Shown here: positions 21,820-29,997 of the stretch, one piece after another | Layout: every line of letters begins with the position of its first letter | How positions within the stretch are numbered: the first letter of the stretch is position 1 | Origin: Clostridia bacterium | GTDB lineage: Bacteria; Bacillota; Clostridia; HGM11514 | Length of the DNA: 64,000 nt | Assembly: GCA_045586685.1 (NCBI GenBank) | Contig: JAZNAU010000042.1 | Coordinates: 7,822-71,821 of the forward strand | Direction of reading: 5' to 3' | Notes under the pieces: generated by a model | Seen by the model: the letters and a program-made list of their open reading frames with translations, nothing else | Databases searched by the model: none | What the model was told of the DNA's origin: nothing | Program-made: the position numbers and the translations under genes

Positions 21820-22779
21820 CTAATTCAACATTAAATTCATATAATTTTGTCCCTGTAAAATCAAGGAAGTCAATGCTCCTATTGTAATTTCAGGTGCGGT
21901 TTCTGTTGTTTTTTTAACCTCACCATTTCTCACAGTAAAAGTGCCGTTATTCTCGGAAATCCATGGGTCTGTAATAAAAAACTTGCAATCGGATAAATAT
22001 TGCATCGCTTTTTGAACATTGATAACTCTTGCCTGTCCAAAAGGTTTTTGAGAGGTCGGGGATAGCAACACCCCATCTCCCATTTGACAAAGCAAAGCAT
22101 TGATTGCTTCTTCGTCTCCCATGGCCTCTTTTACTACCGTTTTTTGTTCAAAACGGCTGACAAGAGCATAGGCTCCTTCATTACACCACAGCTCTCCCTT
22201 TTCAAAACGGAAGTGTTCTTCCAATAAAATATCCCACTGTTCTTTTGTTCTTGTAAGAAAGGAGCAAAAGTGTTTTTCGCAATACTGCTCATACCATTTC
22301 CAAAGATTGGAAACATCATCCGTTCTTTGTCCTCTTCCCTTCCCTTTTGGCAAAGATTTTTCTTCCAAAAAGAAAACATCGGTATATCCGAATTTTATAT
22401 AAAGCTCAGGTTTTGCGGGAATCAAAGCAGAAAACACATCTCCTCTTCCATACATGACCTGCAGTGCCCTTCTCATCATGGCAGTCATATATCCCTGTCC
22501 TCTAAACTCAGGCAAAGTAGAAACCCCTGACAAATAAGAACAAGGCACCCTTTCCTTTCCCAACTGCAATCCATAAGGCACCATTCCAAGATACGCCCTT
22601 GCATCCCCCTGTTCCCCCAAAAGAACAAGACTATCTTCAGTTTTATGAACACGATTCATATAAAATGCTACAAAATCAGGACTATCTGCGGGAAAACAGG
22701 TCTTCCAAAGCAATGCTCCTTGTTCTTTATTTTCACAAAATACAATATTATTTTCTAATGACAACAGTCTGCACCTCAA
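21820..22779 (-). CDS. GNAT family N-acetyltransferase with C-terminal SCP2-like domain (Eis-like)
   Basis: The acetyl-CoA binding motif is EFRGQGYMTAMM. The two-domain architecture spans ~319 aa. Confidence 0.7.
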   Translation of the reverse strand: MRCRLLSLENNIVFCENKEQGALLWKTCFPADSPDFVAFYMNRVHKTEDSLVLLGEQGDARAYLGMVPYGLQLGKERVPCSYLSGVSTLPEFRGQGYMTAMMRRALQVMYGRGDVFSALIPAKPELYIKFGYTDVFFLEEKSLPKGKGRGQRTDDVSNLWKWYEQYCEKHFCSFLTRTKEQWDILLEEHFRFEKGELWCNEGAYALVSRFEQKTVVKEAMGDEEAINALLCQMGDGVLLSPTSQKPFGQARVINVQKAMQYLSDCKFFITDPWISENNGTFTVRNGEVKKTTETAPEITIGALTSLILQGQNYMNLMLN

Positions 22780-23626
22780 TCAATTTTTCAGGAACATAAG
22801 ATAGCTTTGCCTTTCGCAAGGCTTCCAGCCCCATATCCTCCTCACGGTCGATAAATACAGCCTCATGAAATTCATGCTCACAAAACTGCTGATTTATCAT
22901 TGGGTATGCACCCTGATAGGATGCATCCGCTTTTTCCATGTGAATCAAAGCTGTGTCCGCTGTCAGCATTTCCCCAATGGTAAAAGCAACCACTTTTGAA
23001 TCCACCGTCAGCACACCGCCTTTACATTCTAGTGCATCAAAATCCTCAATGGATTTTCTCACTGCATCAAATTCACATTCCCGTGAAAAATCGTCCATTT
23101 CTGTTTTACTGTCCAGCCATTCTTTTTCCAATGCAAGACATTCTTTGGCAAACTCTTTAGAAAAAGAATGATATTCATAAGCATATAAGCTTTTAAATTT
23201 ATTGATATGATTTCGCTTACTGTGCAATTTCTTCCCCGACAGCGTTACCAGTTTTTCACGCAAATACACATAATCGTAAGAATCACGACGATCTGTCACA
23301 GTCAGGTCGGAATACCACAATTTCATTTGTGCAAGCATGTCGTTGGTCAACATCCCAAAATACAAACATTCCGAAAATTCTCTTCTCAAATGTTCGATAG
23401 CAGAATGCACATCTCCGTCCCCAATGGGAAAAGAAGCAAAGGTGCATCCTTTGATGTTCATTACAACACAAAGACAATCTTCTATAATCTGCCATTTGAC
23501 TCCCGTCATCTTCTCCCACAGATACATGGTGGTAAAATTACATTGAGAATAGGCGTAACTTTTTTTCTGCAGATACTCCCGAATCACAAACCTATCCTCC
23601 AGTCTTAAAGGACTCCAAGTCAACAC
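22748..23626 (-). CDS. DUF2156 (MprF C-terminal-like, aminoacyl-tRNA-dependent transferase fold) protein
   Basis: 292 aa soluble protein. It contains the conserved SKRNHINKF block typical of DUF2156/LPG_synthase_C. Confidence 0.65.
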   Translation of the reverse strand: MLTWSPLRLEDRFVIREYLQKKSYAYSQCNFTTMYLWEKMTGVKWQIIEDCLCVVMNIKGCTFASFPIGDGDVHSAIEHLRREFSECLYFGMLTNDMLAQMKLWYSDLTVTDRRDSYDYVYLREKLVTLSGKKLHSKRNHINKFKSLYAYEYHSFSKEFAKECLALEKEWLDSKTEMDDFSRECEFDAVRKSIEDFDALECKGGVLTVDSKVVAFTIGEMLTADTALIHMEKADASYQGAYPMINQQFCEHEFHEAVFIDREEDMGLEALRKAKLSYVPEKLIEVQTVVIRK

Positions 23627-24297
23627 AATTCATCTCCATTTAAAAGTTCCGTCACTAAATTCCACACCTCGTCTGAAATTTCCTCCGGCGTTTTAATTAC
23701 ACCGTCTTTTGCGCAAACAAGCCGTTTCCAACCCATCTGCTCTGCCACAGAAACTGCATTTTCATAAGCCCGATGCATATAGCCGGTATCCTTTTCGTGG
23801 ATATCCTTTTGCTTTTCACCGGTGATTTTGTTATTTCTCTCTTTCATAAGAAGAGAAGCATATTGAGGGGGCATATCCAAAAACACCACCAAATCAGGTC
23901 TGGGCAGTTCCATTAACCCATACTCAAATTCAGAAAGCCAACATAAAAACTGTTGACGGCGTTCTTCGTCCTCAATTTTGCAAGTCTGGTGAATCATATT
24001 GGAAGTCACATAACGGTCTGCCAAAATAATTCCACCATTGTTATAATATTCTCCCCATTTTTGTTTATAGGATGCATACCGATCACATGCAAAAAAGACG
24101 GATGCCACTTCCGGACTCACATCATCTGCATGAGTACCAAATTCTCCGTTTAGATACATTTTCACCAAAGCCGAAGACTGGCTTTGATAGTCAGGAAAAG
24201 AGACTCTTTTCGCATTGGAAAGCCTTTGGTGCAAAAGTTCTGTCTGTGTTTGCTTACCACTGGCATCAACCCCTTCAATTACAATCAGCTTACCCAT
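23620..24297 (-). CDS. tmk: thymidylate (dTMP) kinase family protein
   Basis: P-loop IVIEGVDASGKQTQ and DRY motif DRYVTSNMIHQ. The LID region aligns with B. subtilis Tmk. It overlaps thyX by 8 nt. Confidence 0.75.
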   Translation of the reverse strand: MGKLIVIEGVDASGKQTQTELLHQRLSNAKRVSFPDYQSQSSALVKMYLNGEFGTHADDVSPEVASVFFACDRYASYKQKWGEYYNNGGIILADRYVTSNMIHQTCKIEDEERRQQFLCWLSEFEYGLMELPRPDLVVFLDMPPQYASLLMKERNNKITGEKQKDIHEKDTGYMHRAYENAVSVAEQMGWKRLVCAKDGVIKTPEEISDEVWNLVTELLNGDELC

Positions 24298-25069
24298 GAT
24301 TTTGCTCTCCTAAATTCTTGAATTTCGCCCGTATTTCTGTTGCATGTCCACAAGTCATACTGCCCTCTTTACAAGGTCCGGACACACAGGAAGGTCCTGC
24401 TTTTGCAAAAAGCATGGGAGCTATATCACGCACCAACATCAACATCTGTGTTGCCAGCTCTCTAATTTCCCATTGAGCACGGTTGCAGCAGCGCAAACGG
24501 AAGAAGTTATACAAGCTTCTTGCGTTCATTGTTACAATCATTTTGGTTTCACAACCGTTAGGTAGAACAAAACGTGCATCTTCAATCGCCATCTTTTCAG
24601 CCTGACGGGCAGCAGATTTTTCTTCCACACCCTCATCCAACAATCGCTGATAGTGATTCTTACTTAAAATCTCTGTCAAACGGTCATATTTTTGCTGGAT
24701 TTCTTCCATTACTTCATCAAAAAATTCTTTTGCCTCAGGGCATTGCTCAATTTCCGGAGGGGTCACATAAGCAAATTGATTTTCCATTACATACCGCTGG
24801 GATTTCACACTGAAGGAAGCGATTCTGTGACGTGTAATCTGGGCAAGCAACGCACGGGAAATCCCCTCAATTCCAAAGGTAAAAGAAACATGCTCAATAG
24901 GACTTTCGTGCCCCAAAGACATAAGATGTTCAATAAATTTCTCTGTTTTTTCAGGATTTAATCCTTCCATCAGTCCGTCAATGTCAGAAGAAGAATAGCA
25001 TAATTTTGCAGCGGCAGCTACTAATCGCTCCGGATTTGGGGTATGCTCCAATAAAGTTACTTTAAGCAT
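24290..25069 (-). CDS. thyX: FAD-dependent thymidylate synthase ThyX
   Basis: ThyX signature RHRIASFSVKSQRY (RHRxxSxxxxSxRY). Confidence 0.9.
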   Translation of the reverse strand: MLKVTLLEHTPNPERLVAAAAKLCYSSSDIDGLMEGLNPEKTEKFIEHLMSLGHESPIEHVSFTFGIEGISRALLAQITRHRIASFSVKSQRYVMENQFAYVTPPEIEQCPEAKEFFDEVMEEIQQKYDRLTEILSKNHYQRLLDEGVEEKSAARQAEKMAIEDARFVLPNGCETKMIVTMNARSLYNFFRLRCCNRAQWEIRELATQMLMLVRDIAPMLFAKAGPSCVSGPCKEGSMTCGHATEIRAKFKNLGEQNHG

Positions 25070-25799
25070 TTGCTCCGTCTCCCTTCCAATTCTTTTTTAT
25101 CACAGTCATTAAAAACTTTGGCAAATTCATCATCCGCCCTATTCTTGACGGTTGCTTTATTAACCGATAAAACCATTCCAAATTTGTTTTACAGAAAAAT
25201 TCAGGAGCCCGCTTCACCGTTCCCGCCAGCACATCCACAGTTCCGCCTGCACCAATGCAAACCTTCACCTTGAGCTCGTCCCGATATTTTGCAATCCAGT
25301 TTTCCTGACGGGGAAATCCTGTACAAACCATTAAAAAGTCTGCATTTGAATTGTTTATCTGCTCTATAACAGCCTCGTCATTTTTAAAATATCCGTCACA
25401 AAAACCCGCAACACGGATTCCGGAATATTTCTCTTTCATGTTATTGGCAGCCATTTCTGCAACACCCGGTTTTCCACCCAGCAAAAAGACGCTTTTGTTG
25501 CGAGAGGGTAATCCTTCCAGCACATGGCAACACAGCTCAAATCCCGGAACACGCTCTTTAACCGGTGTGCCAATAATCTTCGCTCCATATACCACACCGA
25601 TGCCATCCGGCAATGTCAAATCTGCCGAATTCAGCACATCTCTATACTCCGGCACATGATACGCATGATAAACAATTTCCGGATTGGGAGTGACAACCAT
25701 ACGGGTTTCTTCCTCCTCCAACCATTGGAAAACCGTTTCAACCGCTTCGTCCATTGTGACATTATCAATTTTTACACCCAAAATATGTATTTGTTCCAT
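25062..25799 (-). CDS. tagA: WecB/TagA/CpsF family glycosyltransferase (N-acetylmannosaminyltransferase-like)
   Basis: 245 aa. Family blocks VVTPNPEIV and FLLGGKPGVAE. Confidence 0.85.
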   Translation of the reverse strand: MEQIHILGVKIDNVTMDEAVETVFQWLEEEETRMVVTPNPEIVYHAYHVPEYRDVLNSADLTLPDGIGVVYGAKIIGTPVKERVPGFELCCHVLEGLPSRNKSVFLLGGKPGVAEMAANNMKEKYSGIRVAGFCDGYFKNDEAVIEQINNSNADFLMVCTGFPRQENWIAKYRDELKVKVCIGAGGTVDVLAGTVKRAPEFFCKTNLEWFYRLIKQPSRIGRMMNLPKFLMTVIKKNWKGDGANA

Positions 25800-26139
25800 C
25801 AGCCGGTCGGCCCCTTTCCTTTCTTACCCTTACAGGGTAAATATAAAGATATAATGTTATTATAAAATCAGTAAATGATTTAAATACCGAGTATTTTACA
25901 CAATCCACACCAAGTCCTGCCATGTCAGGCCTTTCCTTCTCTTCACTTTTGCCCGTTACCTGACAAACATATTGTAAAACTTCCGAAACATCAATGTGGA
26001 GAATATCAGATATTCTTTTTGTAAAAGCCTTATTTAAATCTTTAGACTGATAAAGCAGATATTGCAAAGAATATGTTGCAATATCTTCTTGAGACCCTCT
26101 TATGTGTGGATATAAATGTGCTAATAATGAATAAGACAT
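25765..26139 (-). CDS. hypothetical small ORF; only the first ~85 aa look protein-like, possibly a truncated remnant
   Basis: Good RBS (GAAAGGG, 8 nt before the ATG). The start reads MSYSLLAHLYPHIRGSQEDIATYSLQYLL.... The 3' third runs into the tagA promoter region and reads like non-coding sequence. It is co-oriented with the upstream four-helix-bundle gene, 26 nt after its stop. Confidence 0.35.
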   Translation of the reverse strand: MSYSLLAHLYPHIRGSQEDIATYSLQYLLYQSKDLNKAFTKRISDILHIDVSEVLQYVCQVTGKSEEKERPDMAGLGVDCVKYSVFKSFTDFIITLYLYIYPVRVRKERGRPADGTNTYFGCKN

Positions 26140-26164
26140 ATTTATTTTCCCTTTCGTTTCAAGG

Positions 26165-26518
26165 TTATTGATTTCCTTTCGCAGTAGTTACGGATGCTAT
26201 AAGCAATTTCCTAATTTTGCTACATTTATCGTATATCTCTATATATTCTTCTTCAGTTATCATTTTCGTTTCCTTAAAAAGTCCCAACCAATAATCGCTT
26301 TCATAGCATTCTTTCAAAGCGATTTGAAACTTATTTATAAAATCAGCTTTGCTTGCTGCATAATTTGCTTCGTGAATATTAGCACCAATGCTTGTTCCAC
26401 TTCTTAAAAGCTGATTTAACAACACATTTCCTTTTCTATTTTCTTTGATTTCAGTACAAAGGTTTACAATATCAACCGCAAATTGTTTTGATAAATCTAC
26501 CAGTCTGTTTTCTTTCAT
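26165..26518 (-). CDS. four-helix-bundle protein (23S rRNA intervening-sequence protein / Avd-like family)
   Basis: 117 aa, all-helical. It has the family-typical GANIHEANYAASKADFINKFQIALKECYESDYWL block. Confidence 0.8.
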   Translation of the reverse strand: MKENRLVDLSKQFAVDIVNLCTEIKENRKGNVLLNQLLRSGTSIGANIHEANYAASKADFINKFQIALKECYESDYWLGLFKETKMITEEEYIEIYDKCSKIRKLLIASVTTAKGNQ

Positions 26519-26533
26519 ACCTTTTCTCCATTT

Positions 26534-26695
26534 AATGAATTGACAACTTCGTTGTCATGAATTGGCTAAAGCCATGAATTGTTGCTATCGCAACATGAAT
26601 TAAATTGCCTTTTAATGCACTTTAGTGCAATTCATGAGCCGTAAAGCTCAATTCATGAAATCTTTGATTTCAATTCATGCTGAAGGCAATTCATT
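26534..26695. repeat. mirror-symmetric array of eight 8-mers (CATGAATT x4 then AATTCATG x4) separated by unrelated short hairpin palindromes
   Basis: Copies at 26534-41 (aatgaatt), 26556-63, 26573-80, 26594-601, then 26629-36, 26650-57, 26672-79 and 26688-95 (aattcatt). Six of the seven intervening segments are perfect inverted repeats of unrelated sequence: gacaac/gttgtc, ggc/gcc, gttgc/gcaac, tgcact/agtgca, gagc/gctc, gaaatc/gatttc. The array sits in the transcribed leader of the four-helix-bundle gene. Confidence 0.7.
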
Positions 26696-26718
26696 GAGTT
26701 CAAGTTTCACTTGAACTC

Positions 26719-26747
26719 ATTATATCACAAACAAAGAAATATTTCAA
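26719..26747 (-). promoter_or_regulatory. consensus sigma-A promoter reading through the hairpin array into the four-helix-bundle gene
   Basis: Minus-strand TTGAAA (+26742-47), a 17-nt spacer, then TATAAT (+26719-24). Confidence 0.65.
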
Positions 26748-26760
26748 CTATTTTGTTTTT

Positions 26761-26793
26761 TTGCTGGACTTTCTGCGAAATTTGTAGTAAAAT
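26761..26793 (+). promoter_or_regulatory. candidate promoter for manA
   Basis: TTGCTG, 18 nt, then TAGTAAAAT. This is a weaker match. Confidence 0.3.
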
Positions 26794-26822
26794 AGAATTA
26801 GAACAAAAACAGGAGGCAAACC

Positions 26823-27740
26823 ATGTATCCTTTAAAAATGAAGCCTGAAATAAAGCACCTCATTTGGGGCGGAAAAAGACTTCGTGAATTTTATAATAAA
26901 AACTGTACCCGTGATGATGTGGGTGAAAGTTGGGAGGTTTCTGCCCATCCGGAAGGATTAAGCTACATTGCAAATGGTGCTCTAAAAGGGGTTTCTTTGG
27001 CAGATGCGATTCAACAATATCCGGAAGAAATTGCACCGGTGGAATTTCCTCTTTTATTTAAACTGATAGATGCCAGTCAAGATCTGTCCATTCAAGTGCA
27101 TCCTGACGATGCTTACGTTCAGAAAACCAACAATAACCTTCACGGCAAAATAGAAATGTGGTATATTATTGATGCAAAACCGGGTGCCCGTATCGGGTAC
27201 GGCTGGAATCAGACCATGACTCCTGATTTGGTCAGACAAGCCATTGAAAACGGCACTTTGGAGCAGTATATTAACTATATTCCCGTAACAGCAGGACAAG
27301 CTTATTTTATTCCTGCCGGAATTGTGCATTGTCTTTGCAAAGGTCTTTTGGTAGCAGAAATTCAACAAAATTCCACCATGACCTATCGTCTCTACGACTA
27401 TAACCGCAAAGACAAAAACGGAAATAATCGTCAACTTCACATCCACGAAAGTCTGGATGTGCTTGATTATTCCGATAACAGAAATGCAACGGTTGTAACA
27501 GGAGATAATGTCATTTTGGCAAGTTGCCCCTATTTTACGGCTGAAAAAATTATAAGCGACTATTACAAAGGAGATACCAAGGATACATTTGAAATTCTGT
27601 TTTTTGTTAACGGACACGGAGAAATTATTACAGATCAAGGAACGGAATCTTTCCAAGCGGGAGATACTTATCTGCTCCCCTCCTCTCTTGGTGCATATAC
27701 CATAAAGGGACAATGCACCATAATGCGATGTGTAGAATAA
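26823..27740 (+). CDS. manA: mannose-6-phosphate isomerase, class I
   Basis: 305 aa cupin with the type-I PMI metal site block QVHPDD and EIQQNSTMTYRLYDYNR. Confidence 0.9.
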   Translation: MYPLKMKPEIKHLIWGGKRLREFYNKNCTRDDVGESWEVSAHPEGLSYIANGALKGVSLADAIQQYPEEIAPVEFPLLFKLIDASQDLSIQVHPDDAYVQKTNNNLHGKIEMWYIIDAKPGARIGYGWNQTMTPDLVRQAIENGTLEQYINYIPVTAGQAYFIPAGIVHCLCKGLLVAEIQQNSTMTYRLYDYNRKDKNGNNRQLHIHESLDVLDYSDNRNATVVTGDNVILASCPYFTAEKIISDYYKGDTKDTFEILFFVNGHGEIITDQGTESFQAGDTYLLPSSLGAYTIKGQCTIMRCVE

Positions 27741-27760
27741 ACTCAATAGAAAGGATAGAA

Positions 27761-28918
27761 ATGATGAATATTGCAAAAGATATTAAATATATTGGTGTAA
27801 ATGACCATGAAATTGATTTATTTGAAGGCCAATATGTAGTTCCAAACGGTATGTCTTATAACTCCTATGTGATTTTGGATGAAAAAATTGCGGTGTTAGA
27901 TACAGTAGATCAAAATTTTGGCAAGGAATGGCTTCATAATATTAGCAATGCAATAAACGGAGGAACTCCTGATTATCTTATTGTTCAGCATATGGAGCCG
28001 GATCACTCTGCCAACATTAAAAATTTTACCATTCAGTATCCGGATGCAAAAATTGTTGCGTCAGCAAAAGCTTTTGTTATGATGAAGCAGTTTTTTGGTA
28101 CAGATTTTCCAGAAAAACAAATGGTTGTCGGAGAAGGCGATACCTTGGATTTAGGAACCCATAAATTGACCTTTATTACTGCACCCATGGTTCATTGGCC
28201 TGAAGTCATTGTCACCTATGACAGCACCGATAAAGTGTTATTTTCCGCTGACGGATTCGGTAAATTTGGTGCTCTTGATGCACAAGAAGACTGGGCTTGC
28301 GAGGCACGGCGTTATTATATCGGTATTGTAGGAAAATACGGTGCACAGGTGCAGACTCTTTTAAAAAAGGCTGCAACTTTGGACATCAAAACCATCTGCC
28401 CTCTTCACGGCCCTGTATTAGCAGAAAATTTAGGCTATTATCTTAATTTATATAACATATGGTCAAGTTATGAGGTAGAATCCGAAGGTGTGGTAATTGC
28501 TTATACTTCTGTTTATGGCAATACCAAAAAGGCAGTATTGGACCTGGCTGAACAATTAGAAAAACAAGGCTGTCCCAAGGTTGTGGTAAATGATTTGGCA
28601 AGATGCGATATGGCAGAAGCGGTGGAGGACGCATTTCGCTATGGAAAACTTGTTCTCGCCACTACCACTTATAATAACGATATATTCCCTTTTATGCGTG
28701 AATTTATCGATCATCTGACCGAACGGAATTTCTGCAACCGAACTGTTGCCTTTATGGAAAACGGAAGTTGGGCTCCTGTTGCGGCAAAGACGATGAAGGG
28801 AATGCTTGAAAAATGTAAAAATCTCACTTATGCCGATACAACTGTAACAGTTTTATCTGCTCCAAATGAAGAAAATTCATTAGAAATCAGGGCATTGGCA
28901 AGTGAGCTTTGTAAATAA
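27761..28918 (+). CDS. FprA-type flavodiiron protein (metallo-beta-lactamase + flavodoxin domains)
   Basis: Di-iron ligand block HMEPDHS and a C-terminal flavodoxin-like domain. The start was chosen at ATGATG 27761, behind a GAAAGG RBS. Confidence 0.85.
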   Translation: MMNIAKDIKYIGVNDHEIDLFEGQYVVPNGMSYNSYVILDEKIAVLDTVDQNFGKEWLHNISNAINGGTPDYLIVQHMEPDHSANIKNFTIQYPDAKIVASAKAFVMMKQFFGTDFPEKQMVVGEGDTLDLGTHKLTFITAPMVHWPEVIVTYDSTDKVLFSADGFGKFGALDAQEDWACEARRYYIGIVGKYGAQVQTLLKKAATLDIKTICPLHGPVLAENLGYYLNLYNIWSSYEVESEGVVIAYTSVYGNTKKAVLDLAEQLEKQGCPKVVVNDLARCDMAEAVEDAFRYGKLVLATTTYNNDIFPFMREFIDHLTERNFCNRTVAFMENGSWAPVAAKTMKGMLEKCKNLTYADTTVTVLSAPNEENSLEIRALASELCK

Positions 28919-28939
28919 TTAAAATTGGAGGTTAATGGT

Positions 28940-29098
28940 ATGAAAAAGTATGTATGCGACGTATGCGGTTGGGAATATGACGAAGAACAAGGTGCTCCCG
29001 ATCATGGTATTTCTCCCGGCACAAAATTTGAAGATTTGCCTGAGGATTTTGAATGTCCTCTTTGCGGAGTGGGCAAAGATCAATTTTCTGAAGAATAA
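28940..29098 (+). CDS. rubredoxin
   Basis: 52 aa (below the ORF-track cutoff). It has two CxxCG knuckles (CDVCGW, CPLCG) and a GGAG RBS 9 nt upstream. It is immediately downstream of the flavodiiron gene. Confidence 0.9.
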   Translation: MKKYVCDVCGWEYDEEQGAPDHGISPGTKFEDLPEDFECPLCGVGKDQFSEE

Positions 29099-29105
29099 AA
29101 ACCTA

Positions 29106-29142
29106 AAAAGGTTCCCGTTTACAATAACTGCGGGAACCTTTT
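29106..29142 (+). terminator. rho-independent terminator after rubredoxin
   Basis: aaaaaggttcccg ... cgggaacctttt hairpin with a T-rich tail. Confidence 0.55.
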
Positions 29143-29161
29143 ACATAAAAGGGGGATTGTT

Positions 29162-29914
29162 ATGAATTTAGTTTTACTTACCGCATTAGGCGTTGGAGGA
29201 GCTACCGTGTTTGGCTCCTGTATCGGTTTTTTATTTAAAAAGTTATCCCATAAATTTTCAGATATTATTCTATCCTTTGCGGCAGGGGTCATGCTTGCAG
29301 CAGCCGTGCTGGGACTCATTCTGCCCGCTGTGAATTTTGGTGAGAAAAATGGCCTGATCATTACCGTAATCGGCATTTTTGCAGGTGCACTTTGTTTGAA
29401 TCTGATTGACAAGTTAGTCCCTCATCTTCATAAAATGATTGGATCTGACAGCGAAGAACACAATAATGCAGATTTAAACAAGGTACTATTGTTTGTTTCT
29501 GCTATTGCAATTCACAATCTTCCTGAAGGAATTGCCGCCGGTGTTGGCTTTGGTTCAGGAAATACTTCCCAAGCACTGTTAATTGCAGGCGGAATCGCAT
29601 TGCAAAACATTCCGGAAGGTATGGTCATTATTGCTCCCTTGCTTGCAGCAGGGGTCAATCCCTCCAAAACCTTCATTTCTGCTATGATAACCGGCCTGGT
29701 GGAAGTCATAGGAACGCTAATTGGTTATTTCGCAGTTAGCTTTTCCACGGCGATTCTCCCCTTTGCTCTTGCTTTTGCGGGAGGAACCATGCTTTACGTA
29801 ATCAGTGATGAAATGATTCCGGAAACTCATGCTCATGGTCATGAGCGAAATGCCACTTATGCGTTGCTGATAGGATTTTGTGTTATGCTGATAAGCGATG
29901 TATTGTTGGGATAA
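29162..29914 (+). CDS. ZIP family metal (zinc) transporter, ZupT-like
   Basis: 250 aa, ~8 TM, with the HNLPEG/HNIPEG metal-binding signature found twice. Confidence 0.85.
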   Translation: MNLVLLTALGVGGATVFGSCIGFLFKKLSHKFSDIILSFAAGVMLAAAVLGLILPAVNFGEKNGLIITVIGIFAGALCLNLIDKLVPHLHKMIGSDSEEHNNADLNKVLLFVSAIAIHNLPEGIAAGVGFGSGNTSQALLIAGGIALQNIPEGMVIIAPLLAAGVNPSKTFISAMITGLVEVIGTLIGYFAVSFSTAILPFALAFAGGTMLYVISDEMIPETHAHGHERNATYALLIGFCVMLISDVLLG

Positions 29915-29961
29915 ATACTTTGCACGTTTTTTAGAAGGAACACTGAACTGGTTTGTGTTAT

Positions 29962-29997
29962 AAAAAATGGCTTATCAAGAGATAAGCCATTTTTTTA
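29962..29997. terminator. bidirectional terminator between convergent genes
   Basis: aaaaaATGGCTTATCaagaGATAAGCCATttttttt. Confidence 0.6.

Noticed and set aside
26534-26695. Possible CRISPR array
   Set aside because: The repeats are only 8 nt and the intervening segments are 8-27 nt palindromes. No cas genes are present. The architecture is the inverse of CRISPR, and the array lies inside a promoter-driven leader of a protein gene.
25765-26747. Diversity-generating retroelement (Avd-like protein present)
   Set aside because: No reverse transcriptase ORF and no template/variable repeat pair were found anywhere in the window. Only the Avd-family fold is present, so it is reported as an orphan Avd-like gene instead.
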